64,000 nt of DNA, from positions 64,001 through 128,000 of the forward strand of contig JBFXJJ010000005.1 of the NCBI GenBank assembly GCA_050175015.1, in the 5' to 3' direction. Below the pieces are notes generated by a model that was not told where the DNA came from, ran no database searches, and saw only the letters and a program-made list of their open reading frames with translations. A program made the position numbers and the translations under genes. The DNA is from Alphaproteobacteria bacterium. GTDB lineage: Bacteria > Pseudomonadota > Alphaproteobacteria > JBFXJJ01. How positions within the stretch are numbered: position 1 is the first letter of the stretch; each line of letters starts with the position of its first letter. Shown in pieces: positions 45,714 to 56,188 of the stretch.

Positions 45714-46486
45714 TTGATAGCCATTGCCATATAGATTTTGAAAAACTGCAAACTAACATCACAAAAGTTATGGCAAATGCCCAAAATTCTGGGGTCGAGA
45801 AGATGCTTAGTGCAGGGGTTACAATAAAAGCATTTCCTAATCTTTATGACATAATTTCAAATTATGATAATGTTTTTTGCTCAGTCGGAACTCACCCTCA
45901 TTATGCGGGTGATGAAGATGAAAAAAAAGTTACGCTAGAAGAGTTGATAGAATTCTCAAAACGACCCAAAGTAATTGCTTTTGGAGAATGCGGCTTTGAT
46001 TTTTATTATAATCATTCTAGCAAAAGTGAACAGGAAGAGATTTTAATAAAACATATTAATGCTGCTCAAGAAACAGGTCTTCCAATTATTATTCATACTC
46101 GTGATGCCGATGAAGATGCCGCCAGAGTTCTAATTGAATCCTATAAAAATAAAGAATTTAAAGGCGTTATTCATTGCTTTACCTCAGGATATGATTTTGC
46201 TATGAAGATGCTTGATGTTGGTTTCTATATTTCAGCCTCAGGCATTATAACTTTCAATACGGCTGATGAAATTAGGCAAACTATAAAAGAGGTTCCTCTG
46301 AATCGTCTTTTGGTGGAAACAGATTCTCCTTATTTAGCTCCAATACCTCATAGAGGCAAAACCAATGAGCCTTCTTTTGTTAAACTAGTTGCTGAAAAAT
46401 TGGCAGAAATCAAAGGGGTTTCACTAGAAGAAATCAGTAATATTACATCTCAAAATTTTATGCGACTTTTCGAAAAATGCCAATGA
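45707..46486 (+). CDS. tatD: TatD family nuclease
   Basis: DSHCH, GE.GFD, IIHTRDA, HCF, ETDSPYLAP. Confidence 0.95.
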   Translation: MLIDSHCHIDFEKLQTNITKVMANAQNSGVEKMLSAGVTIKAFPNLYDIISNYDNVFCSVGTHPHYAGDEDEKKVTLEELIEFSKRPKVIAFGECGFDFYYNHSSKSEQEEILIKHINAAQETGLPIIIHTRDADEDAARVLIESYKNKEFKGVIHCFTSGYDFAMKMLDVGFYISASGIITFNTADEIRQTIKEVPLNRLLVETDSPYLAPIPHRGKTNEPSFVKLVAEKLAEIKGVSLEEISNITSQNFMRLFEKCQ

Positions 46487-47277
46487 AAACAAAAATAAGA
46501 ATACTGGGCTGCGGAACAGCAAATGGAGTACCTTCGATTGCTCGAGGTTATGGCTTATGTAATCCAGATAATTTAAAAAATACAAGAACACGAACTTCCA
46601 TAATTGTTGAAACCGAAACAACTAGAATTTTAGTTGATGCTGGACCAGATTTAAGAATGCAGCTTCTTGATGCTGGAATAAATCAAGTTGATGCCGTTTT
46701 GTTTACTCATGATCACGCGGATCATTTACATGGAATAGATGATTTGCGGGAAATTAATCGTGTTACTGGTCATAAAATTCCAATATATGGCAGTAATGAA
46801 ACAATGAAAACCATAGCAACAAGGTTTAGCTATGTTTTTGCTGCTAATAATAATATGGAAGAAATTTTAGAGCAGCCGATATATCAACCTAATCTTGTAA
46901 AAAATATTATTGAAAACGATACAATGTTTAAAATTGGAGACATTGAGGTTAGGGGCTTTACTGCTAATCACGGCTGGCAAAAAGTTACAGCATATCGTTT
47001 TAATGATATTGTTTATATGACAGATACAGTCGAAATCTATGATATGGAAGCTGAATACTTAAAAAACATTAAGCTTTTTATTGTTGGTTGCGCATCTTAT
47101 ATCAAACACCCAATTCACGCTAATGTTGAAATGGTATTAGATTGGGTTAATAAGCTAAAACCTGAAAGAACTATTTTAACTCATATGGGATCAGGCTTAG
47201 ATTACGATAAGCTAATTTCAGAATTACCCAAAAATGTTGAGCCGGCTTTTGATGGTATGGCGATAATCGTTAACTAG
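46483..47277 (+). CDS. MBL-fold metallo-hydrolase (PhnP-like)
   Basis: LGCGT..GVP, THDHADHLHGIDDLR, THM. Confidence 0.92.
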   Translation: MKTKIRILGCGTANGVPSIARGYGLCNPDNLKNTRTRTSIIVETETTRILVDAGPDLRMQLLDAGINQVDAVLFTHDHADHLHGIDDLREINRVTGHKIPIYGSNETMKTIATRFSYVFAANNNMEEILEQPIYQPNLVKNIIENDTMFKIGDIEVRGFTANHGWQKVTAYRFNDIVYMTDTVEIYDMEAEYLKNIKLFIVGCASYIKHPIHANVEMVLDWVNKLKPERTILTHMGSGLDYDKLISELPKNVEPAFDGMAIIVN

Positions 47278-47451
47278 ATTTTTTTACAAATTATTCCAAA
47301 GCATTTATAATCCTATCACACGCTATCTTATTTATATGAAATACAAATAAAATAAGATTACAGATTAAACATAAAAAAATAAATCGTTATAAATCAATCC
47401 ATTAGAGTGCGCATGTTACACAAGAATACTATCTTGAATCTGCACCATATT

Positions 47452-47479
47452 ACTATTCATAATATATATTATGCGACAA
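47452..47479 (-). other. Probable chromosomal dif site (XerC/XerD)
   Basis: TTGTCGCATAA-TATATA-TTATGAATAGT, 11-6-11 architecture resembling E. coli dif; intergenic. Confidence 0.75.
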
Positions 47480-47638
47480 TCGGATATGGGGCGTAAAACC
47501 CCCATTTCGGAATTGTGTATGCTTTTGTTTATATGGTATTTTATTTAAAGAGATTTTATAATTACATCTTACGTTTAAATTTCGGATAATATCTTTTTGA
47601 TAGCAAACTACAGCTCTTTAATTTTCTAGGAGAACAAA

Positions 47639-48391
47639 ATGAAAAAAATAAAAGTCATCGCAGGCATCGTTATTGTTTTAATTATTGGCGGCATTATATT
47701 TGCTCCATCTTTAGATGATATAATTAAAAAATCTATTGAGTATTTTGGAAGCAAGGTTACAAAAACCGAAGTTAAATTAAAAAAAGTAGATTTATCTTTA
47801 AAAGACGGAAAACTGTCCCTCTATGATTTTTATATCAAAAATCCCAAAGGCTTCTCTAATAATAAAATGATATCTTTCGGTAATATTACTGTTGATATTG
47901 ATGTCAAATCATTAACATCTGATGTTATAAAAATAGAAACTATCCTAGTATCTAAGCCATCAGTTTTATTTGAGATGGGCAAAGAAAAGAGCAATCTAGC
48001 AACACTTCTTGATACTTTATCTTCATCTTCAGACACCTCACCTGAGCCTGAGAAGAATGAAACCAAAGAAGCTCCAGCTGAAGGCAAAAAAATAATAATA
48101 AAAAAACTCACCGTTGAAAAAGGCTCAATTGGCATTAATATAAGATCTTTAGGCGACAAAAAATTAACGGTTCCATTGCCTTCTATTACTATGACAAATA
48201 TAGGTGAAGACAAAAAAGGTGCATCCCCCTCTGAAATAGCTAAACAGATTGTACAGAAAATAACATCTGTCGCTCAAAATGCTGCGATATCTGCAGATGC
48301 CGTCAAAAATGCTTTGGGTAATATTTCGGATAATATTAAAAATGGTGCATCTAATGTAACCAATTCTATTAAAGGATTCTTTAATAAATAG
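47639..48391 (+). CDS. AsmA/DUF748-like membrane-anchored protein
   Basis: N-terminal TM, I.NPKGF, beta-rich domain, LP.I.M.NIG....G.SP. Confidence 0.7.
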   Translation: MKKIKVIAGIVIVLIIGGIIFAPSLDDIIKKSIEYFGSKVTKTEVKLKKVDLSLKDGKLSLYDFYIKNPKGFSNNKMISFGNITVDIDVKSLTSDVIKIETILVSKPSVLFEMGKEKSNLATLLDTLSSSSDTSPEPEKNETKEAPAEGKKIIIKKLTVEKGSIGINIRSLGDKKLTVPLPSITMTNIGEDKKGASPSEIAKQIVQKITSVAQNAAISADAVKNALGNISDNIKNGASNVTNSIKGFFNK

Positions 48392-48426
48392 GCGCACTAG
48401 CTAAAAATTAATATACAAAATAATAA

Positions 48427-48459
48427 AAAGAGGAGAGCTTTCCGCCCTCCTCTTTTTTT
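48427..48459. terminator. Bidirectional intrinsic terminator
   Basis: AAAAGAGGAGAGC...GCCCTCCTCTTTT between convergent genes. Confidence 0.8.
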
Positions 48460-48529
48460 GTAGCATACGTTATTTGTATCAATTTTAATTTGCTTACGAT
48501 TAAATGCTAAACGCTCTAAACGATTTATT

Positions 48530-49549
48530 TTAATAATTATTAGCGATGTCTATAATAGCTCTATACGTTCCCGTCACAGCTAAAGCTAATTTATCATAAT
48601 CGAGAGTGTCTGGTAAATCGGTTGCTTTATGATAATTAGGATTACGATAAAAAGCCGTATCAGTAATCATAACTGATGGTATTTTGTCCGCATAATTTAG
48701 GTGATCTGAAAACATTAATCCAGGGATAATACTGGGAGCCACAAGTAGTTTTGCTGGAAGTTTTGTGCTTGAAAGCCCTTTGTATACATTATGTACAAGC
48801 TTGCGCCCCTTTATATTGCCAACAACGGTTATAAAATCACCGACATCACCATAAATATATTTCATAAATGAAACAGGATATTTTTGAGACCCCTTCTCTG
48901 TTCTGTAATAGCCAAGCATTTCCAATGCAATCATTGCTGTTGTTTTTGGCTTTTCTTTAGAAATTAATTGGTAATGCCTAGCGCTTCCCATATTGCTTGT
49001 TGCGAAAAACGGCGGTTCCTCATTAGCATAAAAAACCATATCTATCTGCTTGTTTAATTTTGGATTGTTTTGTTTTAATAATTTTGCAATTTCTAGTAAA
49101 GCGGCAACCGCACTAGCATTATCATCTGCTCCAGGATTATTGACTGTGTCGTAGTGAGCTCCAACAATAATTCGTTCTTTTTGATTACCATCGCCATAAG
49201 AAACTATAAGATTAGTAAACTTCTCATTACTATTAAATGGTGAACCAAGCGCAAATTCTTGCTTAGTTACTTTATAGCCGCTTTGAGTAAGGCTTTTTTC
49301 TATGTAGGCTGTCGCTTCATCTAAATCTTTTCTAAAAAACCAGCAACGTTTTAACGACGCTAAATAATTAACATCTTTTTTTATTGCAGCAATATCTGGA
49401 GATACTTCAACCCAAGTCGTTGATTCTTGAATATTTTCTTTAAGCCCAAAATCAAACATAAAATAAACAGAAGCGCTTAAAACGAGCGAAATAACAAGAA
49501 TTTTTTTGGTAATTTGATAAAATGTGGTGTTTAATTTTTTATTACGCAT
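48530..49549 (-). CDS. M28 family metallopeptidase
   Basis: GAHYD, PGADDNAS, NEEPP, SDH, NPNYH..TD. Confidence 0.9.
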   Translation of the reverse strand: MRNKKLNTTFYQITKKILVISLVLSASVYFMFDFGLKENIQESTTWVEVSPDIAAIKKDVNYLASLKRCWFFRKDLDEATAYIEKSLTQSGYKVTKQEFALGSPFNSNEKFTNLIVSYGDGNQKERIIVGAHYDTVNNPGADDNASAVAALLEIAKLLKQNNPKLNKQIDMVFYANEEPPFFATSNMGSARHYQLISKEKPKTTAMIALEMLGYYRTEKGSQKYPVSFMKYIYGDVGDFITVVGNIKGRKLVHNVYKGLSSTKLPAKLLVAPSIIPGLMFSDHLNYADKIPSVMITDTAFYRNPNYHKATDLPDTLDYDKLALAVTGTYRAIIDIANNY

Positions 49550-49569
49550 AAAAGTTCCTTTTTACAAAA

Positions 49570-49608
49570 AAATAAGCGAGAAAACATTTTTTGTTCTCTC
49601 GCTTATTT
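49570..49608 (-). terminator. Intrinsic terminator
   Basis: AAATAAGCGAGA...TCTCGCTTATTT hairpin with T-run on the minus strand. Confidence 0.75.
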
Positions 49609-49647
49609 AATTAGCAGTTTTATCAATATCAATTCAATATAAAAAGC

Positions 49648-50280
49648 TTATCTTGTTTTTGCTTTCATCATCTGAGCAACATTAACAGCATTTGGTTCGG
49701 GATTAAATTTTATCCAGCTTTTTAAAGTCTTTTCATCCACACCTTGGGCTTTATCTAAATTTTTCAACCCCCAAAAACTAGGTATAAGTCTTTCCCTGCG
49801 TCCGTGCCTTGAACACTCAAAAACTTCAGCGTAAAGATTAGTTCCAGTAAAATCAGCATTTGCCACATCACTACCATCTAAATTTGTTATATGTGGTGTT
49901 ATTACAGAATTTTTAAAAATAACACTTGTTAAATCGCATTTCGCCAAATCTGGATATATCGGATACTTACTTGTTTTTTGGGGTACTATCTTAGAATTTT
50001 CAAAACTTGCACCTGGAATTTTTGCTCCTGGAATTGTTAAGCCTTGGAAAACTTTGTTACTTAAATCAGCTTTAGGAAGTTCAACGCCTTCTCTAACAGC
50101 TTGCTCTAGAACTCTTTGAAAAGTTCCTCTGCCCTCATATAGAATTTTGCCATCTAAATCATTGATATATGTTGTTTCTCGAAAAAGATCAATAAGACCT
50201 TTTTTACCACAAGGATATGATTGAGCATTTTTTGCTTCAAACTCTGTAACTCTTTCTTTTGTCATCATCGCAGACTCCAA
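49648..50280 (-). CDS. Pentapeptide-repeat-containing protein
   Basis: ADLSN, AKIPG, ASFEN, CDLTS, ADFTG, TNLYA repeats. Confidence 0.7.
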   Translation of the reverse strand: MESAMMTKERVTEFEAKNAQSYPCGKKGLIDLFRETTYINDLDGKILYEGRGTFQRVLEQAVREGVELPKADLSNKVFQGLTIPGAKIPGASFENSKIVPQKTSKYPIYPDLAKCDLTSVIFKNSVITPHITNLDGSDVANADFTGTNLYAEVFECSRHGRRERLIPSFWGLKNLDKAQGVDEKTLKSWIKFNPEPNAVNVAQMMKAKTR

Positions 50281-50419
50281 GTTTAAATAGATAATTTATC
50301 ATTAAATATAGTTTAATTAGTTGATATTGTCAACTTTTATGTCAATTTTATTGACGCAAAAACATAAAAAAACAAAATTTAATTCCTTACTTGGTATAAA
50401 GTGTTAGCATAATATTTTA

Positions 50420-52486
50420 TTAGAAGGGATAAAGTTCGGGTAAATCAGCATTTTTTTGTCGTTTATTATTTTGGGCTTTAAATTCATTATATGCTTTTTT
50501 AAATACGACAGAAAAATTGTGGCTATCCCATTCATAATTATTGCCATAAGCACAATCGGCTAAAATAACAACTTCGGCTTCCAACTCGATAGAAGACAAT
50601 CTGGCTGCAATTTCGTAAGGATTTTTAGGGGGATTATCTGACCACATCACCTCTCCCCATTCCACAAGAGATTTATAAACCAACTTGGCGTTGTTTTCTT
50701 GGCAATACTGCCAGATTTTAAGCGATGCCAAATTGTTATTTTTTATTCTTAACTTTTTTAAGACATAAAAAAACAGCAAAAGGAGAAGAACCAATAACGA
50801 TGATATAAAGCAGATAACAATTCCCTTTTTATCAATACGCTTAAATTTTGATGTTTTTTCTTCCTTTTTAATTTCCTCCGCCGTTTTTTCAATAATATTA
50901 ATAGTTCTTCCTGCAATAATTTCTTGGCTTTTTTCTTCGGTTTGCAAATTAAACCAATCAAGATATAAACCTGGTATTTTTTTTAAGCCTTCTTCATAAA
51001 AAAGATAAATAATGGTCTTAGTTTTTATGCCGATTATACCTCTCTTATCAAACGTATTCTGACTCTGATTGTGAGAAACATAAGTCTTTACGCCCTCAAT
51101 TTTATCAACTTCAAAATCAGGTAGCTGTTCGGCAGAAAGTCCTGATGCTCTAATCTCTATTGTTTGACGCAAGGCTTTTCCCTGCTCAAAATTATCATCT
51201 TTGCTATCCCAGTTAGAACTGACAGAAAGGCTATGTGCAGGCAGCCAATATTTTGCTTCAAGCGACTGAGGCTGAGGTTTAACATTGATTGTAATGTCGT
51301 TGCTGCTGATATTAACTATTTCTCTGTCATTTGTTATTGTTTTAACTGCTATGGACGGTATTTTTAAAATGCCGCTTTTTTGTGGAAAGATAACATATTT
51401 TTTAACTATCACGTTATAATTGGTATCATCAATTTTCTCTTGCGTATTAACGACATCACTAGTTGGATAAATTAAAAAATTATCCAAAACCGGTTCTTCA
51501 ATATTAACCTTATTAATGCCTAAAGCGTCATAAAATTTTACGGTCATTACAACCTGTTCTTGCAAATATGGCGTTTTATTATCAACATCAATACTAGCAA
51601 AAAGATTAGATTTATTTTGAACATTTGAGATATTATGGCTTTCATAAACCATAAAATCCCCGCCTTTAATCAACATTTTTTGAGGAGCATTATTCGCAAT
51701 ATTCCAATAGCCAACATAGGTTTCAGGAATTATGACCGCACCTGTTTTGTTGGGAAAGTAAGAATATACAAAATCTTTTACTGCCATTAAGGTGTTATTA
51801 AAATAAGTTGTTTTGATAACGCTTGAGGTTTTATTAACTGTAATGTTTTCAGGTTCAATGATATTGATATCATTAGGAATCTCTTCGGCGATAGTTCCAA
51901 GAGCAATCAGGCTTATGTTTCTGGTAACAACTTGATTTTCAAAGAAATGAGGCGGATTTTTCTCCCAACTATCGATTATTTCTAAATTTTTAAATAACGG
52001 CAGATTTTCTTTAACGGCAATTTCTGGCTTTGGTTGGACATTAATTGTTACTTCTCGGCTGGTAAGCTTAACTTTAATGTTGTTTTGAGAAATAAGCCCT
52101 TCAAAATAAGACGGCAATATGGTTATTTTCCCCGTTTTATTTGGAATAACAGCAAATTTTTGTTCAACTATGTTATAGTTTTTGCCATTGACCTTTTTTT
52201 TGGTCATTGTGGGACGGTTGGATAATTGGGCAATAAAATAACCGTTTTCTTGCGGCGGAAAACTTTGACCTGTAATAATGCCGACACTATCAATTATTCT
52301 GATTGTATAAATGGTTTCGGTCTTTAAGTATGGTTTTAAATTGTCAACTTCAACTTCAATAGAAACGCCAAAAGATGAGCTGTTATCATCGGTTTGAGAT
52401 AAAGCCTTTACATTTTGCAGCATAAGAAACACGGTGCAAAAACAAAAAAACTTTATTAAAAATCTAAAACTCATTATGCCCACCAT
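50420..52486 (-). CDS. batD: BatD family protein (tandem BatD domains)
   Basis: Repeated PYL.E...T.., Y.I.P.K.G...IP units, WLPA..L, C-terminal TM, LPELYP end. Confidence 0.8.
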   Translation of the reverse strand: MVGIMSFRFLIKFFCFCTVFLMLQNVKALSQTDDNSSSFGVSIEVEVDNLKPYLKTETIYTIRIIDSVGIITGQSFPPQENGYFIAQLSNRPTMTKKKVNGKNYNIVEQKFAVIPNKTGKITILPSYFEGLISQNNIKVKLTSREVTINVQPKPEIAVKENLPLFKNLEIIDSWEKNPPHFFENQVVTRNISLIALGTIAEEIPNDINIIEPENITVNKTSSVIKTTYFNNTLMAVKDFVYSYFPNKTGAVIIPETYVGYWNIANNAPQKMLIKGGDFMVYESHNISNVQNKSNLFASIDVDNKTPYLQEQVVMTVKFYDALGINKVNIEEPVLDNFLIYPTSDVVNTQEKIDDTNYNVIVKKYVIFPQKSGILKIPSIAVKTITNDREIVNISSNDITINVKPQPQSLEAKYWLPAHSLSVSSNWDSKDDNFEQGKALRQTIEIRASGLSAEQLPDFEVDKIEGVKTYVSHNQSQNTFDKRGIIGIKTKTIIYLFYEEGLKKIPGLYLDWFNLQTEEKSQEIIAGRTINIIEKTAEEIKKEEKTSKFKRIDKKGIVICFISSLLVLLLLLFFYVLKKLRIKNNNLASLKIWQYCQENNAKLVYKSLVEWGEVMWSDNPPKNPYEIAARLSSIELEAEVVILADCAYGNNYEWDSHNFSVVFKKAYNEFKAQNNKRQKNADLPELYPF

Positions 52487-52491
52487 AAAAA

Positions 52492-54663
52492 TTATTGGTA
52501 TCGTTTCATAGAATGTATCATTTTTAATTTATGACGAAGCAATGCTTCAGGATCTTCTGGGATACGATTTAGAAGATTCTTGGAATTTTGTTCATCTTCT
52601 GACGGCGGTTTTTCTGATTCTTTATAGTTACCGCCTGTTTTGTTGGTATTATTATCACCTTTACCGCCCTTGCCTTCACCATCACTTTGGTTATTAGTAT
52701 CGCCCCCTGTGGAGTTGCTTAAATCTTGCTGCTTATCATTTTGACCGCTGTTTTGGTTGTTATTCGAATTGCTATCAGATTGATTGTTATTTTGACCATT
52801 GCCATTAGCATTATTGTTTTGGTCTGAAGAAGCGCCGCCCTTACTGTTCTTATTATCTTGATTAGAGCTGCCTCCAGATGTTGAGTTGTTACTATTATTG
52901 TTTGCTGAATTGCCGCCACCATTTGAATTATGATCGTTAGACTTGTTTTGCTCTTGGTCGTTATTATTATTTGATTGTTTCTGGTCATTATCAGAGTTAT
53001 TGCTGCCAGAACCGTTATTGTTATTATTGCTTCCGCCATCAGAATTATCGCTAGACCCGCCGCCAGATGCTCCGCCGTTGTCCGAGTTTCCGTTTCCGTT
53101 TCCATTATTATAGTTATTTTCAGAATTATTATCAGAGCTATTATCACCTGAGCTTGAGTTTCCTCCGTTGTTCCCATTTTCGCCTTGGTTTTGGTTATCT
53201 GATGACGAGTTTGAGCCGCCATTTCCCTTGTTATTGCCCCCATTAGCATCACCGCCGTTGCCGCTGTGTTTATCATCATTATTATTAGCAGAGCTGTTGT
53301 CTTTTCCGCCGTTCCCATTTTCGTCAGGATTAGTATCCTTAGATTGCGGCGGATTATCTTCTAAAAGCTTTTTGATAATATCACGATTAAAAATAGCATT
53401 GCTGTGGTTAGGATTTAATGAAATAACCTCATCATAGGCTGCAATAGCTTCTTCAAACTTTTGAGACCAAGCTAAGGCATTGCCTAAATTATAAAGATAT
53501 GTTTCATCGTGATTTTTAGAATATTCTAAGATGGCGTTATTGTAATCCTGAAGACGGTAAAAAGCTTTGCCTCTAAGTAATGGATTTTTTAAATAATCCA
53601 AACTGATACTGGCTTTACCCTCATCAATTAGTTTAATTCCAAGCTGTTCTTTAGAAAGTAATAAGGTTCTGTAATCAAAGGCATTAGCACTTTTGTTTAA
53701 GCCTAAAAAAGCAATAAAAACAACAACTCCAAGAAAATCTTTGCGAAACAGCGGTAATAAAGCAAGCAAAATGACTGGAATCAAGATATACCCGTTATCT
53801 TTTGATTTTGTTTCTTTAGTTGTTATCGCGTCTTTAACGCCTTTAAAAAACAAGAGCGTTTTTTTAGGACTTAATAGCTGTTCAATATCAATATTATCTT
53901 CGGCTTCGATAAATACCCCTCCGCCTAACATTGCCAATTTTTGCAATAGGCTGTGATCTTCTTTGCCTAAGGCTAATACTGATGTTATGCACCCTTTCCT
54001 ATATGAATCTTGAGCCGTATCAAGCATATCATCATCTGCGTCTGATGGGTTGTCCGTCAACAGTATAATATTTCCTGAAGATGCGTAGGATTGTTTTATG
54101 AGCTGGCAGCTAAAATCAATCGCCCTATCTATCTTTTTACCTTGCGAAGGCATAATGCTTGAGTGCAAAAGCGGTAGAAAATTCTTAATGATTTCATTAT
54201 CATCGGTAAGAGGTGTTATTGCATATGGTTCATCGGTAAAAATTACTAACGATTTTTCTTGATTGTTAAGTTTTTCTAAAATGTCGTTGAGTTTAAACCA
54301 AGCTTTGATTAAACGGCTAGGATTTTCATCGGTGGTATTCATACTAGAAGACATATCTAAGGCAATAACAGTGGGCGGTTCACTTCCCAAAAACTGCTCT
54401 CCTGTTTTTTGATATGAAAAGCCCGCAAGAGCTAAAATTAATAATATCCAAGCTGTTATAAGAAAAAAATTGATTTTAATATTTTCCTTAGTTCTTTTGG
54501 CTATCTGATGATTCAACAGATGTTTTTGGCACACTTTAAGCCAATTATTATGCTGTTTACTGGCATTTTTTATAAGTTTGGGAATAAAGAAAATAAGCCC
54601 TAAACCCAATAGCCAGTAAGGTCTGATAAACGATATTTCGGTAATATTTATAATATCTACCAT
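52492..54663 (-). CDS. VWA + TPR protein (BatB/BatC-like) with Asn/Gly/Ser-rich tail
   Basis: F.RP.WL, DMSSSM, PSRL..A, PLT.D, YNLGNALA TPR, L.RIP.DP..LLR.K. Confidence 0.85.
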   Translation of the reverse strand: MVDIINITEISFIRPYWLLGLGLIFFIPKLIKNASKQHNNWLKVCQKHLLNHQIAKRTKENIKINFFLITAWILLILALAGFSYQKTGEQFLGSEPPTVIALDMSSSMNTTDENPSRLIKAWFKLNDILEKLNNQEKSLVIFTDEPYAITPLTDDNEIIKNFLPLLHSSIMPSQGKKIDRAIDFSCQLIKQSYASSGNIILLTDNPSDADDDMLDTAQDSYRKGCITSVLALGKEDHSLLQKLAMLGGGVFIEAEDNIDIEQLLSPKKTLLFFKGVKDAITTKETKSKDNGYILIPVILLALLPLFRKDFLGVVVFIAFLGLNKSANAFDYRTLLLSKEQLGIKLIDEGKASISLDYLKNPLLRGKAFYRLQDYNNAILEYSKNHDETYLYNLGNALAWSQKFEEAIAAYDEVISLNPNHSNAIFNRDIIKKLLEDNPPQSKDTNPDENGNGGKDNSSANNNDDKHSGNGGDANGGNNKGNGGSNSSSDNQNQGENGNNGGNSSSGDNSSDNNSENNYNNGNGNGNSDNGGASGGGSSDNSDGGSNNNNNGSGSNNSDNDQKQSNNNNDQEQNKSNDHNSNGGGNSANNNSNNSTSGGSSNQDNKNSKGGASSDQNNNANGNGQNNNQSDSNSNNNQNSGQNDKQQDLSNSTGGDTNNQSDGEGKGGKGDNNTNKTGGNYKESEKPPSEDEQNSKNLLNRIPEDPEALLRHKLKMIHSMKRYQ

Positions 54664-55658
54664 CTAGCTTGTTTCTCCCGAAAATAAAATGCTGCCGACA
54701 TTATTGATATAATTAAAGCTAAGGATAAGAAATAATGATAAATCTCAATTTTAGGTCTAATTATAAAATCGTCCTCATTGAGCGGTTCTAAGCTGTCTAT
54801 AATATTATAAACCTCAACAAGCTCTTCGGTAGTTTCTGCCTTGAAAAACGCTCCTCCCGTTTTAACGGCTATCTGCTTAAGTTCAGCTTCATCATAATAA
54901 TCATTTAAGTTATTAATTATAACGCCGTCTGGCGTTCTTAAGGTTTCTTTGTTTGACCCAAAACCAATAGTATAAACTTTAATCTTGCTCCTAACGGCTA
55001 AGCTTATTGCTTGTTCAACTGAAACATTGCCAATATTACTATGACCATCACTAAGCAAGATTATCGCTTTTTGTTTGCTGTCTCGTTCATAAAGATTTTT
55101 TACAGCAAGGGCTAGGGCGTCTCCTGTAGCGGTTTGCGGTCCTGCCATAGCAGGAAAAGCGCTAAAAAGCATTTCTTTAATAGTTTTTTTATCTAAAGTA
55201 AGCGGAACATATAAATAAGGTCTTGTTCCAAAAAGGATTAACCCTATTCTATCACTAATTCTGCGTTCAACAAAATCGCTGCTGATTTTTTGTGCGATTA
55301 AAAGTCTTTCGACATATTGTTCGTCAATCTTATAATCAGGAATAGACATACTGCCTGATATATCTAAAACCAGCATTAAATCACGTGATTTGTTATTTAA
55401 AATTTTAGGACTGCCGATAATACAGGGCCTAGCTCCCGCAACCACGATTAAGGACCATATTAGATACATCATAAAAATTATAATTTGATTAGGTCTTATT
55501 CGATACCTGCTGTAAACACCTTTTAAGTTTTTTACCTCATAAAAGAAAGGAACCTTCATTGCCTCACCTTTACCTTTATTAGATGAAGCCGAGAACAGCC
55601 TTATAACAAATGGTAAAGGCAGCAATATAAACATTTTATACCAGATAAAATCAATCAT
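54657..55658 (-). CDS. batA: VWA domain protein BatA
   Basis: DISGSM MIDAS, DRIGLILFG, PLTLD, TATGDA, LLSDG. Confidence 0.88.
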   Translation of the reverse strand: MIDFIWYKMFILLPLPFVIRLFSASSNKGKGEAMKVPFFYEVKNLKGVYSRYRIRPNQIIIFMMYLIWSLIVVAGARPCIIGSPKILNNKSRDLMLVLDISGSMSIPDYKIDEQYVERLLIAQKISSDFVERRISDRIGLILFGTRPYLYVPLTLDKKTIKEMLFSAFPAMAGPQTATGDALALAVKNLYERDSKQKAIILLSDGHSNIGNVSVEQAISLAVRSKIKVYTIGFGSNKETLRTPDGVIINNLNDYYDEAELKQIAVKTGGAFFKAETTEELVEVYNIIDSLEPLNEDDFIIRPKIEIYHYFLSLALIISIMSAAFYFREKQARW

Positions 55659-56188
55659 AAAAGCCTTATCCATTCTTTAACAAATACATTAATATTGTTT
55701 ATACAATCTTTTGTTTTATCGTCTTTTTTTGGTTTTAAATATCCTGCGCAGCTTATTAATAAAACAATGTTTTTATCTAGGTTTTTAACCTTGCTGCGGC
55801 TTAAGATAAAATCACCCCATTTTTTTTCATACAATAAGGCAACTTCACCTTTTCCAAAGGCAACAATAGCAACCCGTTTGAGCAAAATAGAAATCTCACT
55901 TGCAAACGGTGCTATTTCCTCATCATATTGATGTTTTTCAAATAATTTTTCTAACCGTTGAAGCGCAATTCTTTTAGCCCGCCCCAGCCGTCCTTGATAG
56001 CAAAAAAAATTCCGCCATAGCCACATAAAGATTAATATAAATAAAACCAAAACAGGAAGATACCAAATTGGGGCTAAAGGAAAAAATGAAGCATCATCAG
56101 AAAAGTGAATATCTTTTAGTTGAATTAGACTATCAAATATTTTTTTATCCATATTATCTGGAATATCAATAGGGTAATTTTCAATCAT
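55655..56188 (-). CDS. DUF4381 family protein
   Basis: LKDIH.....FFPLAP.W, TM, LLKRVA; synteny. Confidence 0.85.
   Translation of the reverse strand: MIENYPIDIPDNMDKKIFDSLIQLKDIHFSDDASFFPLAPIWYLPVLVLFILIFMWLWRNFFCYQGRLGRAKRIALQRLEKLFEKHQYDEEIAPFASEISILLKRVAIVAFGKGEVALLYEKKWGDFILSRSKVKNLDKNIVLLISCAGYLKPKKDDKTKDCINNINVFVKEWIRLL

Noticed and set aside
52719-53437. Alternative-frame ORFs 52719..53318 and 53168..53437
   Set aside because: By-products of AAT/AAC/GGC low-complexity codons in the Bat protein tail.
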